DNA of 64,000 bases from Candidatus Dadabacteria bacterium UBA1144 (lineage in GTDB: Bacteria > Desulfobacterota_D > UBA1144): assembly GCA_002311855.1 (NCBI GenBank), contig DCAB01000012.1:388112-452111 (forward strand), in the 5' to 3' direction. The translations under genes and the position numbers were made by a program. Every line of letters begins with the position of its first letter. The stretch's first letter is position 1. Below, one piece after another: positions 62,213 through 64,000 of the stretch. The notes under the pieces were generated by a model. That model was not told the DNA's origin. It did no database searches and saw nothing but the letters and a program-made list of their open reading frames with translations.

Positions 62213-63196
62213 ATGAATTTTGCTGATTTGGAAAAAAGATTACTCGATAAACGTGAGTCTATTACTTTTGATGAGGCGATGGAACTCACCAATATTTCTA
62301 ATGATAAACTTTTAGAGTTAACAAGTTTGGCTAGGAAGGTAACGCTCAAATATAAAGGTGATGGAGTCTTTCTAAGATCAATAATTAGTGCCAAGACAGG
62401 AGACTGTTCCGAGGATTGTTCCTTTTGTTCTCAGTCCGTACATTTTTCGTCACCTATATCAAAACACCCTTTTTTGGATCCAGATGAAGTTCTTCAGGCA
62501 GCTATACAATCTGAAAAAATAGGTGCTTTTGATTTCTGTATTGTTATAGCCGTCAAAGGGCCAAATAAGCAACAGTTTAAAAAAGTATTAGAATCTATTG
62601 AGTTGATTAAGAAAAATACCAAACTTGAAATCGGGTGTTCCTTGGGTAGCCTGACTGAAGAACAAGCTTTTGGGTTGGCCGAAGCAGGTGTATGGAGATA
62701 TAACCATAACATAGAAGCATGTAGAGAATTTTTTCCTAATATCTGTTCTACTCATACTTATGATGACAGAGTTAATACTGCCAAACTTGTTAAAAAGGCA
62801 GGTATGGAGCTTTGTTGTGGGGGTATTGTTGGGACAGGTGAGAGCGTTAATCAAAGAATTCAACTAGCATTTGAAATCAAAGAACTGAATCCTCATACTG
62901 TTCCCATCAATTTCTTAAACCCAAGACCAGGAACCCCCTTAGGGCACTTAAAACCTCTCCCGAGTATTGAAGCAATTAAAACTATAGCTATTTTTAGGCT
63001 TATAATGCCTGATAAAGTTCTGATGTCGGGGGGAGGAAGAGAGATTACCTTAAGGGATCTCCAGTCTCTGGGTATCATGGCTGGCTCAAATGGCATGATT
63101 ATAGGAAACTATCTAACAACGATGGGACGTGCACCCGAGGAAGACCTCAAAATGATTGAAGATCTTCAAATGCCCATTAGGGATAGATACACCTAA
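62213..63196 (+). CDS. bioB: Biotin synthase
   Basis: 327 aa. KTGDCSEDCSFCSQS parallels the BioB radical-SAM motif KTGACPEDCKYCPQS. Followed directly by bioA. Confidence 0.85.
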   Translation: MNFADLEKRLLDKRESITFDEAMELTNISNDKLLELTSLARKVTLKYKGDGVFLRSIISAKTGDCSEDCSFCSQSVHFSSPISKHPFLDPDEVLQAAIQSEKIGAFDFCIVIAVKGPNKQQFKKVLESIELIKKNTKLEIGCSLGSLTEEQAFGLAEAGVWRYNHNIEACREFFPNICSTHTYDDRVNTAKLVKKAGMELCCGGIVGTGESVNQRIQLAFEIKELNPHTVPINFLNPRPGTPLGHLKPLPSIEAIKTIAIFRLIMPDKVLMSGGGREITLRDLQSLGIMAGSNGMIIGNYLTTMGRAPEEDLKMIEDLQMPIRDRYT

Positions 63197-63204
63197 GACC
63201 TATA

Positions 63205-64000
63205 ATGACCTCAAAATCAAAAATCAAATCATATGATTTAGATTATATTTGGCACCCCTTTACTCAAATGAAAGAGTACAAAGAAGATGAACCTATTGTC
63301 ATAGAAGATTCAGATGGTGTTTATCTAATTGATTCAGACGGCAATAGATATATAGATGGGGTATCCTCGCTGTGGGTCAATATACATGGTCATAAAGTAA
63401 AAAAAATTGATGAAGCTATAAAGAAACAGATTGATAAGATTGCACACTCAACACTTCTTGGCGTAACAAACCCCTCTGCGGCAATACTGGCAAAAAAATT
63501 AATTGATATTGCCCCTGAGGGCCTAAAAAAAATTTTTTACTCAAGTGATGGTGCTAGCGCAGTGGAAGTAGCATTGAAAATGGCATTTCAATATTGGTTA
63601 TTAAAAAATAAACCTAACAAACAAAAATTCGTGTCTCTAAAAGATGGATATCATGGAGATACTCTAGGGGCCGTTTCAGTAGGAGGAATAGATATATTTC
63701 ACTCCACATATAAACCATTACTATTTAAATCTTTTCAAATATCTTCATATGATTCTTCTGATAGAATGGTTAAAGAATTGGAGAAAATTTTAAATGAAAA
63801 ATCAGATGAGATAGCTGCGTTAATTATCGAACCATACGTGCAAACTGCTGGTGGAATCAAAGTGGCCAAAGAAGGATACCTTAAAGATGTAAGAAATATT
63901 TGTAACAATTATGATGTTCTTCTTATAATTGATGAAGTTGCTACTGGTTTTGGGAGAACTGGTGAGATGTTTGCCTGTGATCACGATAAAGTTACCCCTG
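63205..64000 (+). CDS. bioA: Adenosylmethionine-8-amino-7-oxononanoate aminotransferase (5' part; continues past window end)
   Basis: MTSKSKIKSYDLDYIWHPFTQMKEY...GHKVKKIDEAIKKQ..., class-III aminotransferase BioA N-terminus. Truncated by the window edge. Confidence 0.85.
   Translation, partial: MTSKSKIKSYDLDYIWHPFTQMKEYKEDEPIVIEDSDGVYLIDSDGNRYIDGVSSLWVNIHGHKVKKIDEAIKKQIDKIAHSTLLGVTNPSAAILAKKLIDIAPEGLKKIFYSSDGASAVEVALKMAFQYWLLKNKPNKQKFVSLKDGYHGDTLGAVSVGGIDIFHSTYKPLLFKSFQISSYDSSDRMVKELEKILNEKSDEIAALIIEPYVQTAGGIKVAKEGYLKDVRNICNNYDVLLIIDEVATGFGRTGEMFACDHDKVTP

Overview
AT-rich bacterial chromosome segment, roughly 32-35% GC by eye. Genes are tightly packed, Shine-Dalgarno sites are clear (e.g. 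GGAGGTG, GGAGGAGG, AAGGGGGAAAAG), and there are many overlapping or translationally coupled start/stop pairs. TonB/ExbB/ExbD, lipoproteins and a periplasmic Cu/Zn SOD point to a diderm (Gram-negative) host.

Most of the window is core metabolism. Identified genes:
- thiD (partial), a small SAM-methyltransferase, gltB, tsaD, thiC, carB, greA, lspA, ribE, aroK, queG
- a tpx/DUF59/bcp peroxide-stress trio, then bioD
- a complete alternative complex III operon (actABCDEF) followed by a small uncalled TM ORF
- purM, tonB-like, and two secreted proteins of unknown function
- a minus-strand operon of ACAD + malyl-CoA-lyase-family (CitE-like) + fused B12-dependent acyl-CoA mutase
- ppiB and three consecutive hypotheticals
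- a divergent sulfate-assimilation cluster: PiT-family permease + Fe-S APS reductase cysH on one side, sulfite reductase + cysD + cysN on the other
- trhO, sodC, grx, a small anomalously GC-rich ORF, 2Fe-2S ferredoxin, lysA, exbBD, eamA, ddl, thiolase, a PUR-like DUF3276 protein, ygfZ, trxB, AKR
- a glycan-modification cluster: Wzx-like flippase, GT-C (ArnT/PMT-like) transferase, GtrA, UDP-GlcA-4-epimerase-like, class-II-aldolase-like
- DUF393, one tRNA-Arg(UCG), ptsI + ptsH with no EII genes, a lipoprotein, an MqnC/MqnE-family radical SAM, bioB and bioA (partial)

I found no transposases, integrases, CRISPR arrays, rRNA or obvious defence systems. The candidates for new biology are:
- the 49-aa TM ORF translationally coupled to actF (possible extra ACIII subunit)
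- the mutase/lyase/ACAD operon
- the GT-C/GtrA/epimerase island next to the tRNA
- the 16-bp perfect palindrome in the divergent cys promoter
- the GC-rich small ORF with a flanking 10-bp inverted repeat
- several uncharacterised secreted/membrane gene clusters

All calls come from reading the translations and motifs by eye. No database searches were run.
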